Assembly (NCBI GenBank): GCA_035511785.1
Contig: DATKEW010000085.1
Coordinates: 1 to 57,122 of the forward strand
From: Mycobacterium sp.
Lineage (GTDB): Bacteria; Actinomycetota; Actinomycetes; Mycobacteriales; Mycobacteriaceae
Direction of reading: 5' to 3'
DNA length: 57,122 nt
The position numbers were made by a program, and so were the translations under genes. Of the stretch, positions 31,329 to 40,900 are shown in pieces (the first letter of the stretch is position 1; each line of letters starts with the position of its first letter). The notes below the pieces were generated by a model. It worked only from the letters and a program-made list of their open reading frames with translations, made no database searches and was not told the DNA's origin.

Positions 31329-32215
31329 CCGTGGACGCGTCATTGGCGGAGCGGTTCGAGGCCGCCCGACCACAGCTGGGCGCCCTCGCTTACCGCATGC
31401 TGGGCTCGGTTGACGATGCTCAGGACGCCGTGCAGGAAGCGTGGCTGCGGCTCAGCGGCAGCGCTGAATCGGTCGAAGGGGACGGCATCGCCAACCTCGA
31501 CGCCTGGCTGACGACCGTGGTGGCCCGCATCTGTCTGAACGTATTGCGCGGCCGACATGCCCGTCATCGGGAGGTACTGGTCGCCCATCTGCCGGATCCG
31601 ATCGTGGACCCCGTCGGGGAGTCCGACCCCGAACACCGCGCGATGCTGGCCGACGCGGTGGGCCTGGCGCTGTTCGTGGTGCTGGATACGTTGCCGCCGG
31701 CAGAGCGATTGGCGTTCGTGCTGCACGACGTCTTCACCGTCCCGTTCGACCAGATCGCACCCATCGTCGACCGGACGCCGGAGGCGACCCGCAAGCTCGC
31801 GAGCCGGGCGCGCCGGCGTATCGAGCAGGCGGACCCGCTTCCCGACGGCGACATCGCCGCGCAACGCGAGGCCGTCGACGCCTTCTTCGCGGCGGGACGA
31901 ACCGGCGATTTCGACCGGTTGGTCTCGGTGCTACACCCCGACGTCGTGTTGCGCGGTGACTTCGGCCCCGAGGTGGCCGGGTTCCGCGCCGACGGCGCGG
32001 CGTCGGTGGCCAAGCTGGCCCGCAGTTACGCGGCGCCCGAACGCGAGGCTCGCGCCGCTACCGTCAACGGAGCCGCCGGCGCGGTCATCTTCGTCGCCGG
32101 GCGGCCCACGGCGATCATGGGGTTCGTGGTGCGCGGTGGACGCGTCGCCTCGATCGACGTCCTGGCCGATCCCGCACGCATCGCGCGGATCGACCTGAGC
32201 GCGGTGACCGGCTAG
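31325..32215 (+). CDS. ECF41-type sigma factor with a C-terminal SnoaL-like domain
   Basis: AYRMLGSVDDAQDAVQEAWLR, HLPDP, ERLAFVLHDVF and LHPDVVLRGD; GTGA overlap with the CMD gene. Confidence 0.9.
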   Translation: MTVDASLAERFEAARPQLGALAYRMLGSVDDAQDAVQEAWLRLSGSAESVEGDGIANLDAWLTTVVARICLNVLRGRHARHREVLVAHLPDPIVDPVGESDPEHRAMLADAVGLALFVVLDTLPPAERLAFVLHDVFTVPFDQIAPIVDRTPEATRKLASRARRRIEQADPLPDGDIAAQREAVDAFFAAGRTGDFDRLVSVLHPDVVLRGDFGPEVAGFRADGAASVAKLARSYAAPEREARAATVNGAAGAVIFVAGRPTAIMGFVVRGGRVASIDVLADPARIARIDLSAVTG

Positions 32216-32745
32216 CCCGTCGCTGCCTGTATCAGAGCGACCGCGGAGTCGTGCTGCAGTATCCAGTTGCCGCCTTGACTGATGAACGCGAGGTGCTTCG
32301 TGACCGGCCCGGCGAACTTTGGACCAGCGATGGCTACATCGGCCTGGGCCGCATTAGGACCGGCCGGCGCGATGTTCGTCACGTTGAACGTCTCCGGGAA
32401 CTTCCCGTCTCGGTAGGCCTTGCGCAGGTCGTGGTCGGCCACATGGCCCTCGTCCGGGCTGATGCCGTTTTCGACCAGGTTGGTCTTGGTCGTGTACGAC
32501 ACGCCGGGATCGGTGGCTTGGTTGCAGAGGCTCGACAACTGGTCCGGGTTCGGCAGGTTTTGCCCGGGCGCCCGGGGCAGAGGCGGCGGGTCCTGCGGCA
32601 GTGCGGGTCCATAGGGCGCGCCGACCGCGGCCAGCTGCACCTGGGCCGGGCCGGCCGGAGCGAAAGCGGCGGACGTCACGCCAACGGCGGCGGCGCCAAT
32701 GGCACCCACGGCCGCGACGCCTGTGGCGACGGATTTCATGGTCAT
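32212..32745 (-). CDS. cfp2: Low-molecular-weight secreted antigen MTB12/CFP2 family
   Basis: Signal peptide, DPGVSYTTKTNLVENGI and QGGNWIL; syntenic with Rv2376c. Confidence 0.85.
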   Translation of the reverse strand: MTMKSVATGVAAVGAIGAAAVGVTSAAFAPAGPAQVQLAAVGAPYGPALPQDPPPLPRAPGQNLPNPDQLSSLCNQATDPGVSYTTKTNLVENGISPDEGHVADHDLRKAYRDGKFPETFNVTNIAPAGPNAAQADVAIAGPKFAGPVTKHLAFISQGGNWILQHDSAVALIQAATG

Positions 32746-33051
32746 GGTCAGGTCATCCCTCCGATTAGCGCAGAACACGGCTGTTTGATGTGCTGCGTGT
32801 TGCAATTGTGCACCTTGGGACTGGTGTTTCATATCCCCGCGCTAGGTTACCGCGAAGCAATGGGGAATTGACTCATCAGCCGGTACCTAAACTGTGTCAA
32901 CTATGTCGCAGCCCAGAATCTTTTCCGTGGCCCAGCCCGGGCTACAGGGTTGCTGAGCGCGGCGACGACCTACGCTGGGTGGCTCGCACGATAAGTCGCA
33001 TTCGAAGACGAAAGGGGTTGCGGGTTGTCCGCCGTCACCCACCCCGGACAA

Positions 33052-34419
33052 ATGAAATATCCCGACCAAACGAGCTTCGCGTTCCGTTCCGGCGTCAAAT
33101 GCTTAACCACTCCCGCTGGAGCCGTGCTGCTGAATCCCCCGCGTAGCGAGAAGCTGACCCGATTGACCGCGGGCCAGCTACGGGCACTCAAGGCGCTAAA
33201 CCTAGGCCCGGCAACGTTGACGGAGATGTCTAGAACCACACCCGAAAGCGAAATCGGCCCTCTGATAAATCAGCTTCTGGCCGGTGGCTGGCTTTCGGTC
33301 ACGGTGCGCGACGGTGCAAAAGATCTCTATTCCATGGTGCCGTGGGGACAACCCCCGTCGCGGCCGGCCCCGTTGTCGCCCCGATCGACCGAACTATCGA
33401 GATTCGCTGTACTGCACCGGGACGCAGTGAGTTTCGTCATAGAGCATCCGTTGTCGTGGTGCGATGTGCGCATCCATGACTTTCGTCTCCTCGTCCTACT
33501 CGACGGGATTGCAGCCGGCGGCTCAGACCTGCCGACCGCCTTCGCGTCGCAATTCATCGAGGATCTGCAGTGGTGCGGCATCCTCGTTGCAGTCGGTGAC
33601 GAGGACGCCAGATTCGAAAGCCTGAGCTGGAGCGCACCGGATCTGTGGTTTCACCGTCGCAGCACGCTCGGTGAGCGCACCGTCACGTGGGAGCATTTCG
33701 GTCCTACCAAATGGGCCAAGGGCCGATTCCCGCAGCCCAGTGCGCGCAGGCCGAATTATCCGGGTGAACCAATCGCCCTGCCCGTCGCCGACCTTGCGGC
33801 CAAACGGACGCAAGACCCGACCCTGACGGCTGTCCTCGAAGATCGAATCTCGACAAGAACATTCGACGACGCGCACCCGATCACTGTCGAACAACTGGCG
33901 GAGTTGCTGTACCGCACAGCACGGACGCGGGGAATCCAGCCGGTCGACGCGGGCGAGGAACTCTTGTCTCGGCCATATCCTTCCGGTGGCGGCGTGTATG
34001 AACTCGAGCTCTACCCCGTGGTGCGAAACGTCGCGGGACTCGAGCCAGGCATGTACCACTACGACTCGTTCGGCCACTTGCTACGCCCAGTGGCCGGCGC
34101 CGAATCGCGAGCCGTGTCCCAGTTGATCAAGCCGACTTCGGCGACGCTGACCGGAGGTGCCGAGCCGCAACTGCTCCTCGTCATGGCAGCGCGCGCCGGT
34201 CGCATCATGTGGACGTACGAACAGATCGGCTACGCCGCCATCCTCAAAGATGTCGGCGTTTTGATGCAGACGATCTACTTGGCCGCAACCGCAATGGGTC
34301 TGGGCGTGTGCGCGCAAGGATTCGGTGACACGGCTGCGTTCGTCGCGGCCACCGGAGTCGATGAACTACAGGAGTGCAGCGTCGGCAGCATCATCGTCGG
34401 CTCGCGCGTCCCGAACTAG
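33052..34419 (+). CDS. SagB/ThcOx-family FMN-dependent azoline oxidase (nitroreductase fold)
   Basis: WSAPDLWFHRRS, RISTRTFD, RPYPSGGGVYELELY, GMYHYD and KDVGVLMQTIYLAATAMGL. Confidence 0.88.
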   Translation: MKYPDQTSFAFRSGVKCLTTPAGAVLLNPPRSEKLTRLTAGQLRALKALNLGPATLTEMSRTTPESEIGPLINQLLAGGWLSVTVRDGAKDLYSMVPWGQPPSRPAPLSPRSTELSRFAVLHRDAVSFVIEHPLSWCDVRIHDFRLLVLLDGIAAGGSDLPTAFASQFIEDLQWCGILVAVGDEDARFESLSWSAPDLWFHRRSTLGERTVTWEHFGPTKWAKGRFPQPSARRPNYPGEPIALPVADLAAKRTQDPTLTAVLEDRISTRTFDDAHPITVEQLAELLYRTARTRGIQPVDAGEELLSRPYPSGGGVYELELYPVVRNVAGLEPGMYHYDSFGHLLRPVAGAESRAVSQLIKPTSATLTGGAEPQLLLVMAARAGRIMWTYEQIGYAAILKDVGVLMQTIYLAATAMGLGVCAQGFGDTAAFVAATGVDELQECSVGSIIVGSRVPN

Positions 34420-37400
34420 CTTTCCGCCAGCACCTCCTCGTCGGTCAACGCGGCGACGTCGAGGTAGTGGCGTGCGATTACAGCCAATCGTTGAGGTGTA
34501 CCACGTGCAACTTCCCGTTTATCCAACCGATCGGCGAAACCGGCTACGGATCGCGTGGCGAACAGGTCGGTCACCAACGCATGGTCGATGTCCAGCCAGT
34601 CGCGTACCCGCGCGATCACAGTGGTCGCCAACACCGAGTCGCCGCCCAGCGCGAAGAAATCATCGTGCACGCCAACGGAATCCACACCCAACACCTCGGC
34701 GATAATCTCGGCTATTGCGGCCTCCACATCGTTGCGTGGGGAACGGTCTTTGGCATCCGAACCCTCTGCAGCTTCCGGTTCGAGGAGCGCCGCCACCGCG
34801 CGGCGGTCAAGTTTGCCATTCGACGTCAGCGGAAACTGCTCGAAGAACACGGTGCGAGTGGGAAGCATGTAGCTCGGTAGCAGGTCGGCAACTGCGGTAG
34901 TTACGTCGCCGACCTCGCTGGGATCGCCCGCGATAGCGGCAACCAGCTTCGGTGCACTGGTGCCGACGACAGCCGCGACGGCATGGCGCACCCCCGGCAC
35001 CGTCCGCAGCGCCGTCTCCACTTCGCCGAGTTCAACCCGGTATCCGCGAATCTGTACCTGATGATCGGCGCGTCCGAGGAACTCGATGGTACCGTCGGGC
35101 CAATATCTGGTCATATCACCGGTCCTGTACCAGCGAATTCCGTCATGCTCGACGAAACGTTCCGCGGTGCGTTGCGGGTCATTGCGGTAGCCCGCAGCGA
35201 CATTCGCGCCACCGACCCAAAACTCACCGGCAACCCAGTCGGGGCAATCGCGGCCCGATGGCGAGACCACACGACACTGAACGTTGCGCAATGGAATACC
35301 GAACGGCACAGTCACCCAGCCTGCCGGCGGCTCGCCAACCACCTCGCAAATGGTGTTGTGGATGGCCGTCTCAGTCGCACCTCCGAGACCCGAGAACCGG
35401 CACCCCGGCACCTGCTTGGCGAGCCTGCGAGCCAGGTCAGCGCTCACCCAGTCGCCACCGAGGGTGACGGCTCGTAACGAATCGCCCAGCCGATCGCCGC
35501 CGAGCTCCAGGATCATATCGAGCATGCTCGGTACACAATTGAGAATCGAAACTTGGTGGTGGCGCAGCAATTCCACCCATGAAGTTGCTGCGGCTTTCTC
35601 CGCAGAATCAACAGCGACCAGTGAACCGCCGACCGAGAACACCCCGAAGATGTCGTAAACCGATGCATCGAACTCGAGGGCGGAGAGCGCGAGCACCCGA
35701 TCGGCGCCGGCGACCCCAAACCACTCGTTCACCGCGTCGATAGTGTTCATCGCCGCACGGTGTGGTATGTCGACTCCCTTGGGTTGACCCGTGGAACCAG
35801 ACGTGAAAATCACGTAGGCGATCTCGCTGTCATCGGGAAAAACAGGGCCCCGCAGCGGCTCTGGATGCTCGCGGGCCGCATCGATAGACAGGCAGGGGAT
35901 TCCCGCACGCATCTCTGCGCCATCGCTTATCAGCGCGGCGACAATATCCGCGGTCTCAAGGATTTTCGCACGGCGCGCATCCGGTTGGTCGAATCCGATC
36001 GGCACATACGTCCCCCCGGCGGCAAGCACTCCGAGCACAGCCAGGACTTGATCCCGCCCCTTCGGCAACTGAACGGCGACCGCGTCACCAGGCCGGACAC
36101 CGCAAGCACGCAGCGCCCCGGCGACGGCAAGTGCGCGGTCGGCGAGGTCGCCATAACTCCACGCGCCGCCCGCGTCGTCAAGACCCCAAACGACGGCCTG
36201 TGCGTCCGGGTTGGCTGCGGCATGCTCAAAGAAGCCTTGGTGCAGGCAGCGCCCACTGACCGGGCCGTCGGTCGCATTGACCGCAGCGCGTACCTCTGCC
36301 TGGGTCGTCGGCAACTGCACCGCCCCCTCGGCGTCCCAACCTGCGTCACCCGCTGCGATCCGTTCGACGGCCTCAGTAAACCTGGCGAACATGGCAGCGA
36401 TCAGGCCGCGCGGGAACGCCGACTCGCGGACGTCCCAGTTCAGCAGCAATCCATCGCGCAGCTGGGTGACCTGGACGTCCAGCAATACTTGAGGCCCCTG
36501 CGAGATGATCCACACCGGTTCACCGAATGTCTCGATAACGTTGTCCGCGAACAGCTCTCCCAGATCGAGTGCACTGGTAAAGACAACCGGCGCCAGCACC
36601 GGCTCACCCCGGTATCTACCCAGATCACGCAGCACCTCGAGCCCGGAGTAGCTTGCATGCGAGCCGCTTTCGTACATGGCGCGCTGCATCTGGCGCGCCC
36701 GGTCGACCACCGACATGTCCCGCGAGACGTCGACCTCAAGCATGATCGACGAGGTGAAGTCTCCGACCACTCGGCCGATGTCCGGGTGCACCGATTCACG
36801 CTGGAACAGCGGCACATTCAGCAGGAACTTGCTCTGTGTCGACCAGCCGCCGATCGTGTCGGCGAAGACCGCGGCCAGCGCCATAGCCGGCGTGATTCCG
36901 CGCCGGTGCGCCCCGGCCACGAGCCGCTGCTTGGCATCCGGTGCTACCCAGTGGTCGTACCGGGCAGTGCGATGCGGATCTGTTCGGTCCCCGACTGGCA
37001 CGGTGGGCAGTTCCGGCGGGCCAGGCATCTCGGGCAACCGCTGTTGCCACCAATTGCGGTCTCGCTCGCGCACGGCGCCGTTCTGCCGGCGCTCGGTGCG
37101 ATAACGCCGGTAGCTGTAGCCGACCGCGGGCAGGGTCGCTCCGCGGTACAACTCGGCCAGATCGGATACCAGCACGCGATAGCTCATCGCGTCGCCCGCC
37201 AGCATGTCGATGTCAAGATGTAGCCGGCTGCGGGTCTGGCCGCGCAGGGTCAGCGTGATATCGATGACCTGACCGTGTTCAATGTCCAGCCGCTGATGAG
37301 TTTTGCGGTCGCGTATCTCCGCCAGTGCGGTTTCGACTATGTCGGAAGTCTGTCCGCGGAGGTCGAGCACGCTGAACACCGGCGTGGCCGGCGCGGGCAT

Positions 37401-37889
37401 AGTCTGTTGCGTCCCATCTGGCAGGAATCGGGTGCGCAGCATCGGATGCGCGTTGACCAAATCGGACACCGCGTTGTCTAGACGCGCAGGATCTACTGCG
37501 TCGCCATCGAATTCGACGTAGAGATGCGCGGCGACACCACCGAGCTCTTGCTCGTCCGATCGGCCGATCCAGTACGCGTGCTGCATGGTGGCCAATGGGA
37601 ACGGTGCGTCTTCGGAAACCGGCTCGGCGGGCCGATCGGCGACTGGCTCTGCAGCGCCTCGCGCCTCACTCGCACTGAGCAGGCCGTCCCACGACTCAAT
37701 TGTGGGGCTGGCCGCAAGTTCGGCAAAGGTGACGTCGGCACCCTGCTTGCGCCAGCCTCCCGCCAGCGCCATCATTCGGATCGAGTTCAGGCCCACCTGG
37801 ATCAGGTTGTCGTGGTCGGCGATGTCGGTAACCGGGGAGCCGAGTTGGGCTGCAATCTTAGCCCTGATCTCGTCCCTGCTGATTCGCAT
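34416..37889 (-). CDS. mbtB: Phenyloxazoline synthase NRPS (ArCP-Cy-A-PCP, no TE)
   Basis: ArCP GLNSIRMM, Cy motif DMLAGD, A domain FTSGSTGQPKG / GGATE, PCP GGDSV. Confidence 0.9.
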   Translation of the reverse strand: MRISRDEIRAKIAAQLGSPVTDIADHDNLIQVGLNSIRMMALAGGWRKQGADVTFAELAASPTIESWDGLLSASEARGAAEPVADRPAEPVSEDAPFPLATMQHAYWIGRSDEQELGGVAAHLYVEFDGDAVDPARLDNAVSDLVNAHPMLRTRFLPDGTQQTMPAPATPVFSVLDLRGQTSDIVETALAEIRDRKTHQRLDIEHGQVIDITLTLRGQTRSRLHLDIDMLAGDAMSYRVLVSDLAELYRGATLPAVGYSYRRYRTERRQNGAVRERDRNWWQQRLPEMPGPPELPTVPVGDRTDPHRTARYDHWVAPDAKQRLVAGAHRRGITPAMALAAVFADTIGGWSTQSKFLLNVPLFQRESVHPDIGRVVGDFTSSIMLEVDVSRDMSVVDRARQMQRAMYESGSHASYSGLEVLRDLGRYRGEPVLAPVVFTSALDLGELFADNVIETFGEPVWIISQGPQVLLDVQVTQLRDGLLLNWDVRESAFPRGLIAAMFARFTEAVERIAAGDAGWDAEGAVQLPTTQAEVRAAVNATDGPVSGRCLHQGFFEHAAANPDAQAVVWGLDDAGGAWSYGDLADRALAVAGALRACGVRPGDAVAVQLPKGRDQVLAVLGVLAAGGTYVPIGFDQPDARRAKILETADIVAALISDGAEMRAGIPCLSIDAAREHPEPLRGPVFPDDSEIAYVIFTSGSTGQPKGVDIPHRAAMNTIDAVNEWFGVAGADRVLALSALEFDASVYDIFGVFSVGGSLVAVDSAEKAAATSWVELLRHHQVSILNCVPSMLDMILELGGDRLGDSLRAVTLGGDWVSADLARRLAKQVPGCRFSGLGGATETAIHNTICEVVGEPPAGWVTVPFGIPLRNVQCRVVSPSGRDCPDWVAGEFWVGGANVAAGYRNDPQRTAERFVEHDGIRWYRTGDMTRYWPDGTIEFLGRADHQVQIRGYRVELGEVETALRTVPGVRHAVAAVVGTSAPKLVAAIAGDPSEVGDVTTAVADLLPSYMLPTRTVFFEQFPLTSNGKLDRRAVAALLEPEAAEGSDAKDRSPRNDVEAAIAEIIAEVLGVDSVGVHDDFFALGGDSVLATTVIARVRDWLDIDHALVTDLFATRSVAGFADRLDKREVARGTPQRLAVIARHYLDVAALTDEEVLAES

Positions 37890-37903
37890 ATCCCTCGGTC
37901 CCC

Positions 37904-40900
37904 CTATGCCAAACCGCCGGCGAGCACGGCGATGCTCCGCTGCCAGAAATGCGTCAGACGGTCAATATCGGACGGTGCGAACAGGGCATCGCTCCAGAGC
38001 CAGTTGGTGACCAGCTGCGAGCCCTCTGGCGTAGCACGAACATGCACGCTGATGTACAGGGCAAAACGCAGTGGCAGGTCTGGCTCCGGGTCGACCGGCA
38101 GCGCATCCGCGAGCGGTCCGATAAGTAGTGACCACGGCTGGTCCGTGGCACCGCTGCGATCCAGACGACCCAGATAGCTGAACATGATCTGCGGTTCGGC
38201 GGCCTCCTGCAACTCGGGGACGCGGTCGACATAACGCAGCAGACCGTAGTCCAAACCTTCATTTGGGATCGCGCCGAGATGCCAAGCCACCGAGTCGAAT
38301 AAGGCCCGAGCCGCCGTCGGGTCGTCCTCGGCCCGCTCGATATCGACCGTTGTGGCACCGATGCCAAGCCGTACCGGGAATGCGTTAGTAAACCACCCGA
38401 CGGTGTTGGTGGTATCCGTATCCAGAATGGCGTCGGCGCGCCCGTGGCCGTCGAGGGCAATAAGGGTGCCCGAGGCGGGATCCTGCGCACGCTCCCGGCG
38501 CCAACTCGCAATAGCGATCGTTGTTGCAGCCAGGAGGAATTCGCGCATGTTCCCATTTCGGGCGAGCGTGGCCAGCACGCGCTCAGTCTCCTCAACCGGG
38601 GTGAATGCCGCGGTGACTCGCAGTGTCGACCAGGTATCACGGGTCGGGTCCGGATGCCGCTCACCCAACGCGGGATCTGGGTCGCGGACCTGGGTGATCC
38701 AGTATTCGCGCTGGGCTCCCACCTCCGGCGTGGCTGCGCGTTCCCACATCAGTTCCGACCACCGACGGTAAGAACTGAACTCTGGCAGCGTTTTCGGTGC
38801 AACGCCCGATTTCATCGAGTGCCACGCTGCTGCGATGTCACCCAACATGATGTGCCAGGAGACCACGTCTACCGCTAAGTGGTGCACGGTGATCAACAGC
38901 ATCTGATTCTGCTCGGCACCGGCGAGCCACACCGCCCGCACCATCGTGCCCTCGCGAGGGTCTATCTTGTCCATGACCCGCCGCGCAGATTCCGTAATGG
39001 CTGCGGCTAATTTGGCTTCAGCCACTTTCGGTAGCTCCACGCGGGTGAGCAAGTCGGCGGCCCGGACCACGCCCGGCTCGCGAGTAACTAGCCGGGGCCC
39101 CTGAGGCGTATCGGTGAGAATTGATCGAAGGGTGTCGTGTCCATCGAGCAACATCTGCAGGATCTGCTCGATTGACGAACGGCCGATGCCGGAGGGCAGC
39201 TTGAGCAAGACGGAATTGGTGAAACGACGATAGTTGCCGTACTCGTATAGCCAAGACACGATTGGCAGCGGTGGTACCTCGCCGTATTCGCCGCCTTCGA
39301 CGGCGATGTCTGAACCGGCTTCGTCGATCGCGGCCGCGAGTTGGCGAATCGTTGGCGTGGTGAACACCATCCGTGGACTCATTGTGAGACCGCGTCGTCG
39401 AGCCTTGTGGACCAACGAGATTGCCACAATGCTGTCTAACCCGAGCGAGAAGAAGTCTTCGTCGACGTGGGGCGTGACGCCGTTGAACTGCTCGCCGAAT
39501 ATTGCGCACAGCGACCGCTCTGTGTCGGTGGACGCCGATGCTGTCCCGCCAGCGGTGACCTGTGAGAGGGCAGTATCGGCCAGTCGGTCCAGTGTGTGAC
39601 CGTCCAGCTTGCCGTTGGCGTTTACCGGAAGCCGGGGTAACGCTACGATCCGAGCCGGCACCATGTACAAGGGCAGCAGGTCGGTGAGCACGGTACGCAG
39701 CCGGACCGAGTCTCCACCCATATGCTCGTTCCACACAACAAAACCCACCAGGGTGGTGGCATCCTCACGATGCACCACCGACACTGCCGCATCGCCCACC
39801 TGAGGCTGGCCACGCAGGGCGGCCTCGATCTCGCCGATCTCGATGCGGTAGCCGCGGATCTTGACCTGGGTATCGCCGCGTCCCAAATAGGCGAACCCGC
39901 TATGCGGTAGTCGGCGCACCAAGTCACCGGTGCGGTACATGCGCTGTCCCGGGCGCAGCGGGTCCGCCACGAAGCGGGCAGCGGTCATCGCGGACCTGCC
40001 AACATAGCCGCGGGCCAGCTGCTCACCAGATAGATAAAGCTCACCCACCACACCGTCGGGCACCATCCGCAACGCCGAATCCAGCACGTAGCCAAAGGTC
40101 CCAGCGTTCACCGTGCCAATCGTCGGTGTCTGATGCTCGTCGACCGGCGCCACCACCGCTTCAACGGTGACTTCAGTGGGCCCATAACAGTTGAAGACCG
40201 CACTCGGCGACAGCGCGCGTAACTGCTCCCACAGCGCGGTATCAATCGCCTCGCCGCCCAGGGCCAGCACCGCCGGGGGGTGGTCCAACAGTCCGGCGGC
40301 ACGCAGCTGCACGAACATAGATGGGGTGGTGTCGATCATGTCGATCCGGTGGGCAGCCATACCTTTCACCAGACGATCCGCATCGCGCATCTCCTCGGTG
40401 TCAAACAGATGCAGGGCGTGACCGTCGAGCAACCCGATCATGGGCTGCCACGAAGCGTCAAAGCTCAAGGACCAAACGTGCGCTATCCGCAACGGGCGAC
40501 CCAGTCGGCTCGCGGCTGGCACGTAGACGCGCTCGCGGTGGTCGGCGAAATAAGCCAGTATCGCGGCGTTGGTGCCAATGACCCCCTTGGGTTCACCGGT
40601 GGAACCGGACGTGAAGATGACATACGCCCCGTGCTGGGACTGCCGATGAACAGTCGGAGCAGCAGGTGTAGATCGCGAAATACGCTCGGCCACAGCGGGA
40701 TCGTCGAGTACCAAGGTGCGTATCCCCGCTGCGACGAGCTCCGAGCATCCGGCCTCGGTGATAGCAATGGCCGGATTGGATTGGCGCAAAATAGATTCGA
40801 TGCGCGCATCCGGGAGCGTGATGTCAACCGGCAGATACACGGCGCCGGCGCCGAGTACAGCCAGGATAGCGACGATCGAGCGAGTCGACCGCGGCAGCAT

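Noticed and set aside
32750-33050. IdeR box, RiPP precursor or mbtH remainder upstream of the SagB gene
   Set aside because: The best IdeR candidate (ending ACCTAA at 32890) matches only one half-site. No Cys/Ser/Thr-rich precursor with an SD and no MbtH motifs were found.
35760-37223. 487-aa plus-strand ORF
   Set aside because: It is an antisense shadow of mbtB.
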